Below are positions 39,301 through 48,381 of a stretch of DNA of 64,000 nucleotides, one piece after another; positions within the stretch are counted from its first letter, which is position 1, and each line of letters begins with the position of its first letter. Below the pieces are notes generated by a model. That model was given only the letters and a program-made list of their open reading frames with translations. It did no database searches and was not told the DNA's origin. Where the stretch lies: the IMG/VR virus record IMGVR_UViG_3300028175_000001. The stretch is one strand, 5' to 3'. The stretch comes from a virus (taxonomy: Duplodnaviria; Caudoviricetes). Position numbers and translations under genes: made by a program.

Positions 39301-40054
39301 AATAGTCCCTTTCTTTTCCTGTTACATTTTCATCCCAATTACTAGGATCTTGATGATGATTATTATGCAATCCACTTCCTAATGTTAAATCATTAACCCA
39401 CCAATTGTTTGTACTTTTATCTGTAGTTTCAAAATTACGATAACCCCATTTATGACATACAATATTAACTAATGCCGCGCCATGAATAATTCCTACACTG
39501 GGTATACTAATTAAAAACACAGGCAATCTCCAATCTATTAATGACAATAGTAAAAAAGTTATACCTATGATATAAAAATAATATTTATGGCTTTTTTTGT
39601 ATATCGGATCTTTTAATAAATCAGCATAGTGTTTTATGGGCAAATTAACTTTCCGCCACAATGTTAACCAAACCCTCCACCAAGAAATAATATGAGGTGA
39701 ATGGGGATCTAATTCTTCATCAGAATTCATATGGTGGGCCCTATGCGCTATAGCCCAGGAGATAGGGGAACCATAACAATTAAATATTCCTAATGTTGAT
39801 AACAAAAAATGTCTTATTGGACCTGTCTCAAAAGAGTTATGCGCAACATACCTATGATTACCTATTTCACTTCCAAATTTACCAAACAATAAAAATCCAA
39901 TAGGAATCCATAGATACCACGGCAATGGAGAATATATAATTCCTATTACTGCTAAAATATGATTCAATATCAAAAGTATTCTTACACCTATTTGATGTGT
40001 CATTTTGATAGAAAATCCGCACTCTGTAAAGTTTGTGCTAATTGCTGTTGCCAC
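39266..40054 (-). CDS. Membrane fatty-acid desaturase (delta-9-like) 2
   Basis: His boxes HRYVAH, HRAHH and HNNHH. Confidence 0.92.
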   Translation of the reverse strand: MATAISTNFTECGFSIKMTHQIGVRILLILNHILAVIGIIYSPLPWYLWIPIGFLLFGKFGSEIGNHRYVAHNSFETGPIRHFLLSTLGIFNCYGSPISWAIAHRAHHMNSDEELDPHSPHIISWWRVWLTLWRKVNLPIKHYADLLKDPIYKKSHKYYFYIIGITFLLLSLIDWRLPVFLISIPSVGIIHGAALVNIVCHKWGYRNFETTDKSTNNWWVNDLTLGSGLHNNHHQDPSNWDENVTGKERDYCGKFIKNYLKV

Positions 40055-40290
40055 AAAGTTACATCTCCTGTAACTTTTCCGCGACTTGTTAAATTAAACT
40101 GTTCGGATAAATTATTCAAACAGTCCAATATTATTTCTTCTTTCTTATTTTCTGGTTGACCCGCAGTTGCAATAAGAGCAATCCATTCCTGACATCCACC
40201 CGGGTATGAACCATAAATCGTATTTTCAAGTGATGTCTTTAATATTTCACTTACTTTTTCTATATTGCCCATGTTATTCTCCAAAATCAT
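40000..40290 (-). CDS. Hypothetical protein
   Basis: 96-aa ORF bridging the oxygenase and desaturase 2; start may be MGNIEK. Confidence 0.55.
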   Translation of the reverse strand: MILENNMGNIEKVSEILKTSLENTIYGSYPGGCQEWIALIATAGQPENKKEEIILDCLNNLSEQFNLTSRGKVTGDVTLWQQQLAQTLQSADFLSK

Positions 40291-41050
40291 GATAAGTTTG
40301 TTTTTCTGTTATTGATTCTTTCACTCTGATATCGTTCCATTGCTGTTTTGTCATTCCATGTACTTGAGATTCGTGATCTATGTCCATAAACATGATCAAA
40401 CTATGTCGTTCTTTTTTTGTTGAATTTGATACCCTATGGGGAGTAGATTTTAATTTATTTTGGGTCCACCACTGCATAAAATCACCACAATTAACTATTA
40501 TAAAATCATCACCAGGATGTTTTATCAAAGTCCATTCGCCATCAATGCATACTTCATATTCTTCTACAGGATCACATACATGCACTAATGTCAATGTTCC
40601 GAAATCACAATGACTGCCTAATCGATTATTTCCTATTTGATCTTTATAATATTTTACAAATATCAAATCATTACTTGATTTCTCGTGTTTCAGTGTTATT
40701 GAATTAGGCGGCAATTTCATATATTCTTCAATAGCATATAATATATCACACCCAACTTTTATATATTGGCTCCTTATAGTATTTACGCACTCCCAATCAT
40801 CAGACATATTTTTTAGAACAACTCTTTCGTTTGCTTCTCCGGGAAACCTTTTTGAACTTGATCGACCTTCTTCGTACATAGGTAATGTCTTTAAATCCGC
40901 CGCTTTTAATTTTTCACGTAATTGTTCTAATGATCCTTTCATATCAATAAAAGGATTTACTACTAATAAAAAACCAGTATTTTTAAAACTATCTACAATT
41001 GATTTAGAATTCCAATCAGACGAATTAAATACTATTGAACTTGGAGCCAT
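40274..41050 (-). CDS. IPNS-like 2OG-Fe(II) oxygenase
   Basis: LGSHCDFGTLTL (HxD), IIVNCGDFMQWWT, STPHRV and RHSL. Confidence 0.88.
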   Translation of the reverse strand: MAPSSIVFNSSDWNSKSIVDSFKNTGFLLVVNPFIDMKGSLEQLREKLKAADLKTLPMYEEGRSSSKRFPGEANERVVLKNMSDDWECVNTIRSQYIKVGCDILYAIEEYMKLPPNSITLKHEKSSNDLIFVKYYKDQIGNNRLGSHCDFGTLTLVHVCDPVEEYEVCIDGEWTLIKHPGDDFIIVNCGDFMQWWTQNKLKSTPHRVSNSTKKERHSLIMFMDIDHESQVHGMTKQQWNDIRVKESITEKQTYHDFGE

Positions 41051-41790
41051 TTTATAAACCTTGCGCCGGGATCGATTTCACCAAAACGATATTTATTTTG
41101 GTCATTATGATGATTCAAGTGCCACCCCTCTCCACCTGTTATCAATGCTATCAATAAATTATTAGAAGGTTCACCATGTCTATGACAATAAGCATTTATA
41201 AGACCGTATCCGTGATTTGCAAATACAATAGGAAGACAATAACCAAATACTAACAATAAAGGATCTATTAAAAAAAATATTAATATGATTAATGCATGTA
41301 ATTTAAGATAATTATCATAAAACCATTTTAAACTAGAATTTTTACTAAGACTTAACCAATCTTTAAGGTCTTCTCTTTCTGTTGGTATATACCTAAATCC
41401 TGCTTGAAACCAACCACTTGTATATACCCACCAAAAACCCTTATGTTTCGGACTATGTGGATCTTTCTCTGTATCGACGTATTTATGATGATCCCTGTGA
41501 ACACCTATCCATACTAATGCGGGTCCAGGATTTCCGAATAATCCAATAATTTGACTATAAATTTCATACCACTTGCCGATCTTAAAACTATTATGAGTCC
41601 AATATCTATGGTAGCCACTTGTGCCAGCAGTTATATGAACAAATTGCCACCATATAAAACTATACAATAACATCCACCATTCGCCATAAATTATTGCGGG
41701 TATAATAACTAAATGACAAAATACATTAATAGACCAAATACTATACCTGTTTAATGTAGCATTTTTTTCTAATGAGCCCATATATAACAA
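41032..41790 (-). CDS. Membrane fatty-acid desaturase (delta-9-like) 1
   Basis: His boxes HRYWTH, HRDHH and GEGWHLNHH. Confidence 0.92.
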   Translation of the reverse strand: MLYMGSLEKNATLNRYSIWSINVFCHLVIIPAIIYGEWWMLLYSFIWWQFVHITAGTSGYHRYWTHNSFKIGKWYEIYSQIIGLFGNPGPALVWIGVHRDHHKYVDTEKDPHSPKHKGFWWVYTSGWFQAGFRYIPTEREDLKDWLSLSKNSSLKWFYDNYLKLHALIILIFFLIDPLLLVFGYCLPIVFANHGYGLINAYCHRHGEPSNNLLIALITGGEGWHLNHHNDQNKYRFGEIDPGARFIKWLQVQ

Positions 41791-42143
41791 ACTCCTACTA
41801 CATATTCATCTGTATCAGACAATGATATTCTTACATCTTGTCTTGGGCCTTTGTATTCTTTCGATACTGAAGCATGTACAACAGGAAATCGAACCCCCCT
41901 GCTTGTCAAATGCATGTAACTAACATCTAATCTTAAATAAGGTGAAGCTATTGCTTTAGAATATGCTTCCTTAACACACCAACATTTAGTTAAATATCTA
42001 GCAGTCATAGGACTGGGCGCATTTCTTTTTTCAATATCTGTTAATATTTTATTAACAAATTTGTCTCCCCATTTATCATATATCTTTTGAATAGGTTCGA
42101 TTGTTTGTAAATCAATACCTATTAAATTTTCTCTAGCAGACAT
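41769..42143 (-). CDS. acpS: Holo-ACP synthase (AcpS-type phosphopantetheinyl transferase)
   Basis: IGIDL, WCVKEAYSKA and ISLSDT motifs; size 124 aa. Confidence 0.85.
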   Translation of the reverse strand: MSARENLIGIDLQTIEPIQKIYDKWGDKFVNKILTDIEKRNAPSPMTARYLTKCWCVKEAYSKAIASPYLRLDVSYMHLTSRGVRFPVVHASVSKEYKGPRQDVRISLSDTDEYVVGVCYIWAH

Positions 42144-43150
42144 AAATCAACTTGAAATCCTGGTCCATAAGAAATCATAACCAGTTTTCCTTCTTTCATA
42201 AAATCATTTTGTAAGGTTTTTATTACACTTGTGGCAGACATATTACCAAATAATCTAAACATCTCAAAAGAAGAATCTAATGCACCGTCAGGTAAATTTA
42301 ATCCTTCTGCAGTATTTTGCAAAACAACTTTTCCACCAGGATGACATATCCAATGATCAATATCATGACCTTTAATAAATTCTTCTACTTTTGGTAATAA
42401 CGCATCAGCGGCTTTTGGTAGTTCCTGCAATTTAGTAGATTCTACATTATATAATAATCCTGCACTTGTTCCTTCAAGAGTAATAAAATCTTCTGTATCA
42501 GGTAAAATATGAGATGCATGTTTAAGTACTTTCCAACCTCCGTGTTCATAATCATCACCAGCCATTAAAATAGCACTTACACCATCACCGAAAATAGTAA
42601 TACCAAATACTGTAGTAAGAGAACGATCTTCAGGATTTAAATTCATTGAAACTAAATCATTAGTGAGACAAATTACTACTTTAGTTGGGTTTGCTTTTAA
42701 AAATTCATCTGCAATTTGTATCACATGCGTACCACCATTACACGCTAAACCAAACATGGGTATTTTAATTACAGAATCAGGAAAATCAAAATGACTAAGC
42801 AATTTATGTGGTACAGTAGGAATTCCTACACCTGTCATTGTTGTAGATGTTATCATACACACATCTTCGGGAACAAGAAGGTCCAATTCCAATACTGCTT
42901 CTAATGATAACTTATGTACTACTTCATTAAATGTTTTATTTTTTTGCGTAAAAGTTTGAGACTGTTCCCGCATTGTCTCAATAGGATAACAAGTATGTCT
43001 ATATTCAACTCCTGTCAATGGCATATATCTGTCAAATACTCTACCCGAATAACCTTTTTCTTGCCACCATTCTTTCAGCTTTACTTTGAAGTCATCATTA
43101 TGTAATCGATTTTCAGGATGTTTAGTTACTATTTGTAAAATTTTACTCAT
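42122..43150 (-). CDS. Type III polyketide synthase (chalcone-synthase fold)
   Basis: Catalytic triad GLACNGG (Cys), ICHPGG (His) and FGNMSA (Asn); FGDGVSA; C-terminal SYGPG. Confidence 0.92.
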   Translation of the reverse strand: MSKILQIVTKHPENRLHNDDFKVKLKEWWQEKGYSGRVFDRYMPLTGVEYRHTCYPIETMREQSQTFTQKNKTFNEVVHKLSLEAVLELDLLVPEDVCMITSTTMTGVGIPTVPHKLLSHFDFPDSVIKIPMFGLACNGGTHVIQIADEFLKANPTKVVICLTNDLVSMNLNPEDRSLTTVFGITIFGDGVSAILMAGDDYEHGGWKVLKHASHILPDTEDFITLEGTSAGLLYNVESTKLQELPKAADALLPKVEEFIKGHDIDHWICHPGGKVVLQNTAEGLNLPDGALDSSFEMFRLFGNMSATSVIKTLQNDFMKEGKLVMISYGPGFQVDLCLLEKI

Positions 43151-43752
43151 TCTGCCTCTATTGTCATTTCTCTAATACGACCACTAAAATTAATCATATG
43201 ATCTATACATTCTACACATTGTTCAGGAGAAAGCATATTTGGTTCTAGCTTATGATCATATACTCGATTTACGAGAGTTGCCAATCTTGTTGTTCTTGGA
43301 GTTTCCACCCAACCAGGTCTTAGTAGTGAAATTTTACATCCGTTATGTTTTGCAGTCTTTTCATAACATTCTAGATTAATTTTATCAAGTGATATTTTAC
43401 CTGCTGTATAACGACTATGGCCTATAGGATAATCATCTGTATCTTTTTCAGATGCGATAGAACTAACAGAGATTATATGTTTATTTGGATCATCTTTCCA
43501 TAAATGAAAAACGAATAAAAGTGCTTGTGTTTGAGCCCACCATTTGTAGTCATTATATGCATTGTTTATGAATATATCACCTTTAGGATCAAACCATTCT
43601 TTAATATGTTCTATATCATGTTTATTATATCGCCTACTATGACCTTCTACCTCAATTAAGTCTTTGTATTTTGCGAGATAATTTCCATCATATTTTTCAC
43701 TTAGTGCTTTTCCTATACCGGAAGTCACACCAGTTATAATCATTTTACGCAT
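43147..43752 (-). CDS. Short-chain dehydrogenase/reductase
   Basis: ITGVTSGIG (TGxxxGxG), INNA, YTAGK (YxxxK) and PGWVET. Confidence 0.85.
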   Translation of the reverse strand: MRKMIITGVTSGIGKALSEKYDGNYLAKYKDLIEVEGHSRRYNKHDIEHIKEWFDPKGDIFINNAYNDYKWWAQTQALLFVFHLWKDDPNKHIISVSSIASEKDTDDYPIGHSRYTAGKISLDKINLECYEKTAKHNGCKISLLRPGWVETPRTTRLATLVNRVYDHKLEPNMLSPEQCVECIDHMINFSGRIREMTIEAE

Positions 43753-43996
43753 TTGCTTTTCGCTCTACCATATTATATAAATCGTTTATTGTTGTTGCTT
43801 TTTGAAACTCTTCTGCATCTAAGGCAATATTAAAAGTATCTTCAATAATTATCATTGTTTCTAAAATATGAATAGAATCAATTTCTAAATCTAAAGCAAT
43901 TTTACTATCGGACTTTATCTCTGGAAAATCAATACCCGCGGCCGCTTCTTCAAACGCGGATTTACATTTTTCTTCAATTTCTTGTCGTGTGTACAT
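43745..43996 (-). CDS. Acyl carrier protein
   Basis: 83 aa, acidic, DLEIDSI Ppant serine, IEDTFNI and TTINDL. Confidence 0.9.
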   Translation of the reverse strand: MYTRQEIEEKCKSAFEEAAAGIDFPEIKSDSKIALDLEIDSIHILETMIIIEDTFNIALDAEEFQKATTINDLYNMVERKANA

Positions 43997-44756
43997 CGTA
44001 TAAATCCTCTTCAGTTATTTGTTCAATGGGTTCAGCAATATAATTAAGGTCACTATGTTTTCCTGTTAATCCGTAAGCATCTGAATGATGACATAATTTA
44101 TAAGACCCCTCTTTATATCCTGCTATGCTAATTAATAAATTAAACCGAGCTGTTAAACCGGCATTAATTACAGTATGATTAATGCAACTATCATCTTGAT
44201 AAGAACTCCCATCTGCTGGTAAATAATATGATTGATCGTCAATAACAAAACGACATCCTGCATTAACTTCAAGGGGTATATGTATATTTTCAAAACTATC
44301 TTGATGCCAATTTATAGTAGTTAAAGGGTTTAACATCGTTATTCTAACTCGGTCTATCTCATAATATATAGACAACTTTTTATAAATGTTATGAAATTCT
44401 GTATCTAAATAATCTTCATTAAAAATAGTATAATCTTTACGTGTTTCAAATCTTTTTAATTTTCTATTAAAATTTGTCCCATCATGTATTATGCGCTTTA
44501 ATATATTGTACTTATAACCAGAAGAAGATGAAAAAACTGATGGTCTTTGAGGACAAAAACTTCTTACAGAATCATATAGTCTTTGTTCTGGTAAACAGTC
44601 TTTTGAATGTAAAAGTCCCAATACATAAGCATCATTAAAGTCGTCTCTTGTATTGAGATCCCATGGAGCGAATAAAGATTTTAGCGGCTGAAGTTCTTTT
44701 TGTAAACGATCTATATCAAATTCCCAAGGTAATTTTTTTACATAAATTGGTCTCAT
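43974..44756 (-). CDS. Aspartyl/asparaginyl beta-hydroxylase-like 2OG-Fe(II) oxygenase
   Basis: RVRITML, WHQD, IHIPL and HTVINAG...R motifs. Confidence 0.75.
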   Translation of the reverse strand: MRPIYVKKLPWEFDIDRLQKELQPLKSLFAPWDLNTRDDFNDAYVLGLLHSKDCLPEQRLYDSVRSFCPQRPSVFSSSSGYKYNILKRIIHDGTNFNRKLKRFETRKDYTIFNEDYLDTEFHNIYKKLSIYYEIDRVRITMLNPLTTINWHQDSFENIHIPLEVNAGCRFVIDDQSYYLPADGSSYQDDSCINHTVINAGLTARFNLLISIAGYKEGSYKLCHHSDAYGLTGKHSDLNYIAEPIEQITEEDLYDVHTTRN

Positions 44757-45490
44757 TGTTGATGTATATCAAATTCAAGCATTTCACAAGCAGTTTCTAA
44801 TTCAGTAATAGTATCCAAATCTGTTTCCTGGAGCTGACTAAATGTTTCTCTAATATATGCCAGAAGATCCGTTTGTTGTACAGAAGTTAAATTTGCTAAA
44901 ACATATTTATTTTCTTCATCCATAGCATCATATCTTATCGCAGAATCATAATGATTTTTATATATGATCATCATTTTTAAAAAATAGGAATATTTTGAAT
45001 ACGATAAACTTAATAATTTATCCTGAAGTGATTTAGTATCAGGATCAAGCCATGAACCGGTTTCTAATTCATCTGCTGACGGACCCCTTGCGGAACCATC
45101 ATCATGTGTTCCGGGATTATCTGATATCCATGATAACCAATTATCACGCATAAATGATGTACAATATTTTGTACTAGCATTTAATCTTTCATCAGTAAAC
45201 CATGATATATCTTGTTGCGATAAAAAAGTTCTACTGAAAACGGGTTCTGCATCTTCGAAGATATTAGACGGGTTTAAAATGCATCCTTGATACTTAAACA
45301 TATAAGTTCTATCTAACCATTGATCTTCTGTAATACCACATTCCAAATACACATCTTTATTGGTTATTAAAATATCAACTATATCATTAAACCTAGCAAT
45401 ATCATCACTCTCCATTAGAACCATAATTTGTCGGTCAGCCTTTAATTGTTTCCAGCTAGGATTACTTTTAAATACTTCGGCTTCAGCCAT
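44753..45490 (-). CDS. Acidic hypothetical protein
   Basis: 245-aa ORF coupled to its neighbours. Confidence 0.7.
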   Translation of the reverse strand: MAEAEVFKSNPSWKQLKADRQIMVLMESDDIARFNDIVDILITNKDVYLECGITEDQWLDRTYMFKYQGCILNPSNIFEDAEPVFSRTFLSQQDISWFTDERLNASTKYCTSFMRDNWLSWISDNPGTHDDGSARGPSADELETGSWLDPDTKSLQDKLLSLSYSKYSYFLKMMIIYKNHYDSAIRYDAMDEENKYVLANLTSVQQTDLLAYIRETFSQLQETDLDTITELETACEMLEFDIHQQ

Positions 45491-45700
45491 TTAAATGCTT
45501 TCCATTCTACGTGTATATCTATCTTTTAGCTCATTAAAATTAGATGTCAAATTAGCAGAAATAAATATAGACTCTGTTGAGTCTAAAAAGTTCAATATTT
45601 TTTGATATCCGTTTTTTGTGAAATCTTCACTTTCTATTTTATTTATTTTAAATAAAATAGTTTCAAACGATAGGTTTTTTAAGTTTACAATTTTACTCAT
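45491..45700 (-). CDS. Small hypothetical protein
   Basis: 69-aa ORF, ATGA overlap upstream and abutting the next gene. Confidence 0.55.
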   Translation of the reverse strand: MSKIVNLKNLSFETILFKINKIESEDFTKNGYQKILNFLDSTESIFISANLTSNFNELKDRYTRRMESI

Positions 45701-46611
45701 TTTAGTATACCATCTTCTCCAGGCATTACTACAGGTAGACTTGGATCAAGCGCATATTCATTTGGGAGATTTACAGTATCGTCACAATATGGAAGTTTTC
45801 CTTCAGTTGATAATATATTCCCGTATTCATCAGCTTTTTCATTTTTTTCTCCAGTAATTTCTTCTATAGGATCGTCAATGGGTCTATTGTTTTGGCCGGC
45901 AAGTCGAACATCAACTATGCCCTGACCAGGAGTGTCTGCACCCTGTACTGCTTGAGGATGTTTTGCGGGAGGATATGGCCCTCCCGCATGTAAATCCAAA
46001 GAACCAACTCCATCTTGACCATGCGCATTTCCTTGAGGTTTAAATATTTGCCCTCCAACACCTTCATTAACAAAAGCATCAACATCAATAATCGCATCAT
46101 CAAGAGTTTTTTTACTAAGGTCATCACGAGCAGTGTCTAGATATTCCATATAGTCTTTAGTGTTGCCTATAGCCTTAATGAGATGTTCTTTACATTGATT
46201 ATCACAATATTTATGAAAGTCAGAAGCAAACTGGCAATTACAAATCATTCCTTTTACATATTCTGCCTGTTCACCTGCTTCTGTTGTATAAGTAGGAGAG
46301 TCGTGTTCAACCATTCCTTCCAATTCTCTCAGAGTGTATTCAACAAGCTCATCAACCTTTTTGTCTTGATTTTCATCTACTTGAATATTTTGATGAGCAG
46401 TTGGCAATCCACCGGCCGGCTGACCTGTATCGGCCGTTAAAGTTTGACTATTCATATCCGTCAACATCTGTTGCTTTTGCAACGCACTTAATCCCAAATC
46501 TAATGACTTTAGTAATGTCATACCTATTGGCTGTGTTATTTCATCATCCAATAGTGGTGATAATGCGGCAATAGCGGCATTTGTGCATTCAATAACTTTA
46601 TTTTCACTCAT
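45697..46611 (-). CDS. Acidic hypothetical protein with Cys cluster (CNC...CDNQC)
   Basis: 304-aa ORF directly after radical SAM 3. Confidence 0.7.
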   Translation of the reverse strand: MSENKVIECTNAAIAALSPLLDDEITQPIGMTLLKSLDLGLSALQKQQMLTDMNSQTLTADTGQPAGGLPTAHQNIQVDENQDKKVDELVEYTLRELEGMVEHDSPTYTTEAGEQAEYVKGMICNCQFASDFHKYCDNQCKEHLIKAIGNTKDYMEYLDTARDDLSKKTLDDAIIDVDAFVNEGVGGQIFKPQGNAHGQDGVGSLDLHAGGPYPPAKHPQAVQGADTPGQGIVDVRLAGQNNRPIDDPIEEITGEKNEKADEYGNILSTEGKLPYCDDTVNLPNEYALDPSLPVVMPGEDGILK

Positions 46612-47956
46612 GATTTATCTCTCTGGGGAAATTTCTTTTTTGGGTTTCAAGCATTTCTTCTGCTATGTGATCTAAACCAGAACCCTGGCCAGAGGTATCT
46701 ATTATTCCCAATCTATCAATAGCAGTTGTCGGATGACCGGTTCTAGGCAATATTCTATTTTTTTCTTCTTTATCTCCTGCATCAGGAAGATGTTTCATTC
46801 CTTTTCCTACTCTCACTAATCCATTTTGTATTGATGCCAATCCTTGTTCTGTATAATAAAATCTATGATCTTTACGTTCTCCACAAGAATTACACATATC
46901 ACAAAACATGTGGCATACAGGAGAAAATAATTTATTTTTTATCCATTGTTTCCGTAAATAATCTATCTGTTCTTTTAATAACCAATTAATTTTTGCTTTA
47001 TCTTCGGGACTATCTTTACCCGCTAAACTTTCATCTATAGATGTAACAACTCTATCCGGTCCATATGTCTTGACTATACGCAAAATATCCTTAGCAAAAC
47101 ATTGTACATTTGATCTGTGAATAGTATACCTGGCCCTCCATTTAATTTGGTCTTGGGGTGGCATATTGGAATTATAATCTGAAATATTTTTAAATGCTTT
47201 TAATACATCTGGAGTAGAATCTTTACCAGAATAATATACCCTATCTAAATTTCCTGCACCATCAAAACTAATATCAAAAGAAACCCGTTGTTTAATTCCT
47301 GGATTAGATTCCAAAAAAGTAATAACACTATTAAAAAATTTTGGCTTACTTAAAAGTATACCATTAGTTGTTATATTGAAATGTAAATTGTGCTTCTGAG
47401 AATATGCATAATTCATAAGATATTCACAATTTTTCCATTCTAACATCGGTTCACCACCAAAAATACAAAATAAAGTTTGTTCATCTGGTCTATCGGTTTT
47501 ATTAATATCATCTACAAGTTTTTTCAACAATGGTGGTTCGGGTAAATGTTTTGGTCGATTTTCTAAATGTTCATAGCAATAAGAACAATTTAAATTACAT
47601 TGACTTGTCATATAAAATAAATGTATACCTCCACCGTGTGCAACTCTTGTATTTTCGTTTTCACCATGAGTAAAATGTCTATCCATAATTTCATTAACAT
47701 TGGCTTCTGCTAAATCAAGTCTTCCTTCTTTTAGTGCTTTAACACGGTCATAATGTTCATCTTTTGATACGCTTTCTACATGTTGTTTTACTACTTGATT
47801 CAATTCACGATCAGTTAGAGTTAATAATTTTTTAACATCATGTTTTTCATATTTACATACACCTTCTCCTGTTTTCAATCCTCGTTCATAATCAATAACA
47901 CCATCAAGAGATCCCATGGTGGGTAAAACTTTTTTAGAGCGTGTTAGTGTTTTCAC
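46604..47956 (-). CDS. Radical SAM enzyme 3
   Basis: CNLNCSYC, FGGEPML, TTNG and ISFDG; C-terminal CHMFCDMCNSC. Confidence 0.92.
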   Translation of the reverse strand: MKTLTRSKKVLPTMGSLDGVIDYERGLKTGEGVCKYEKHDVKKLLTLTDRELNQVVKQHVESVSKDEHYDRVKALKEGRLDLAEANVNEIMDRHFTHGENENTRVAHGGGIHLFYMTSQCNLNCSYCYEHLENRPKHLPEPPLLKKLVDDINKTDRPDEQTLFCIFGGEPMLEWKNCEYLMNYAYSQKHNLHFNITTNGILLSKPKFFNSVITFLESNPGIKQRVSFDISFDGAGNLDRVYYSGKDSTPDVLKAFKNISDYNSNMPPQDQIKWRARYTIHRSNVQCFAKDILRIVKTYGPDRVVTSIDESLAGKDSPEDKAKINWLLKEQIDYLRKQWIKNKLFSPVCHMFCDMCNSCGERKDHRFYYTEQGLASIQNGLVRVGKGMKHLPDAGDKEEKNRILPRTGHPTTAIDRLGIIDTSGQGSGLDHIAEEMLETQKRNFPREINHE

Positions 47957-48381
47957 TATTTTCCCCTTACAACTGGTCTTTCGTCCAGTTTTCTGCGGAT
48001 TTGTTCTTCTGGATTTTGTTTTAGAATATATGCTATGTTTTTCATAAGTCTAGGAAAATCAATGTTATAATTAAATAAATGTGACTTTATTCTTGTACCA
48101 TCTGATTCAGGATTCCAAGAATCATAAAGTAAATTTTTATCTCTCGCTTGTTTTTTTGATGGGGTGTCTTCTAGCTGTACTTGATTAATAAGAGTTTGAA
48201 TATCTCCGTCTTTTGCGGCCCTTGCCGATTTTTCATATCGCTCTACTGATTTTTTATTTTTATTATTTATTACAGCCTCTTGTCCTGAAATCGCAGGATG
48301 CCATCCTTCTTCACGATCTAGATCATTTAGTTCTTCTGGAGTTCCGTGTATTTTATTTTTTTCCATGTAACAATTTTCCAA
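47956..48381 (-). CDS. Hypothetical protein
   Basis: 141-aa ORF between the SCEGH protein and radical SAM 3. Confidence 0.65.
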   Translation of the reverse strand: MENCYMEKNKIHGTPEELNDLDREEGWHPAISGQEAVINNKNKKSVERYEKSARAAKDGDIQTLINQVQLEDTPSKKQARDKNLLYDSWNPESDGTRIKSHLFNYNIDFPRLMKNIAYILKQNPEEQIRRKLDERPVVRGK

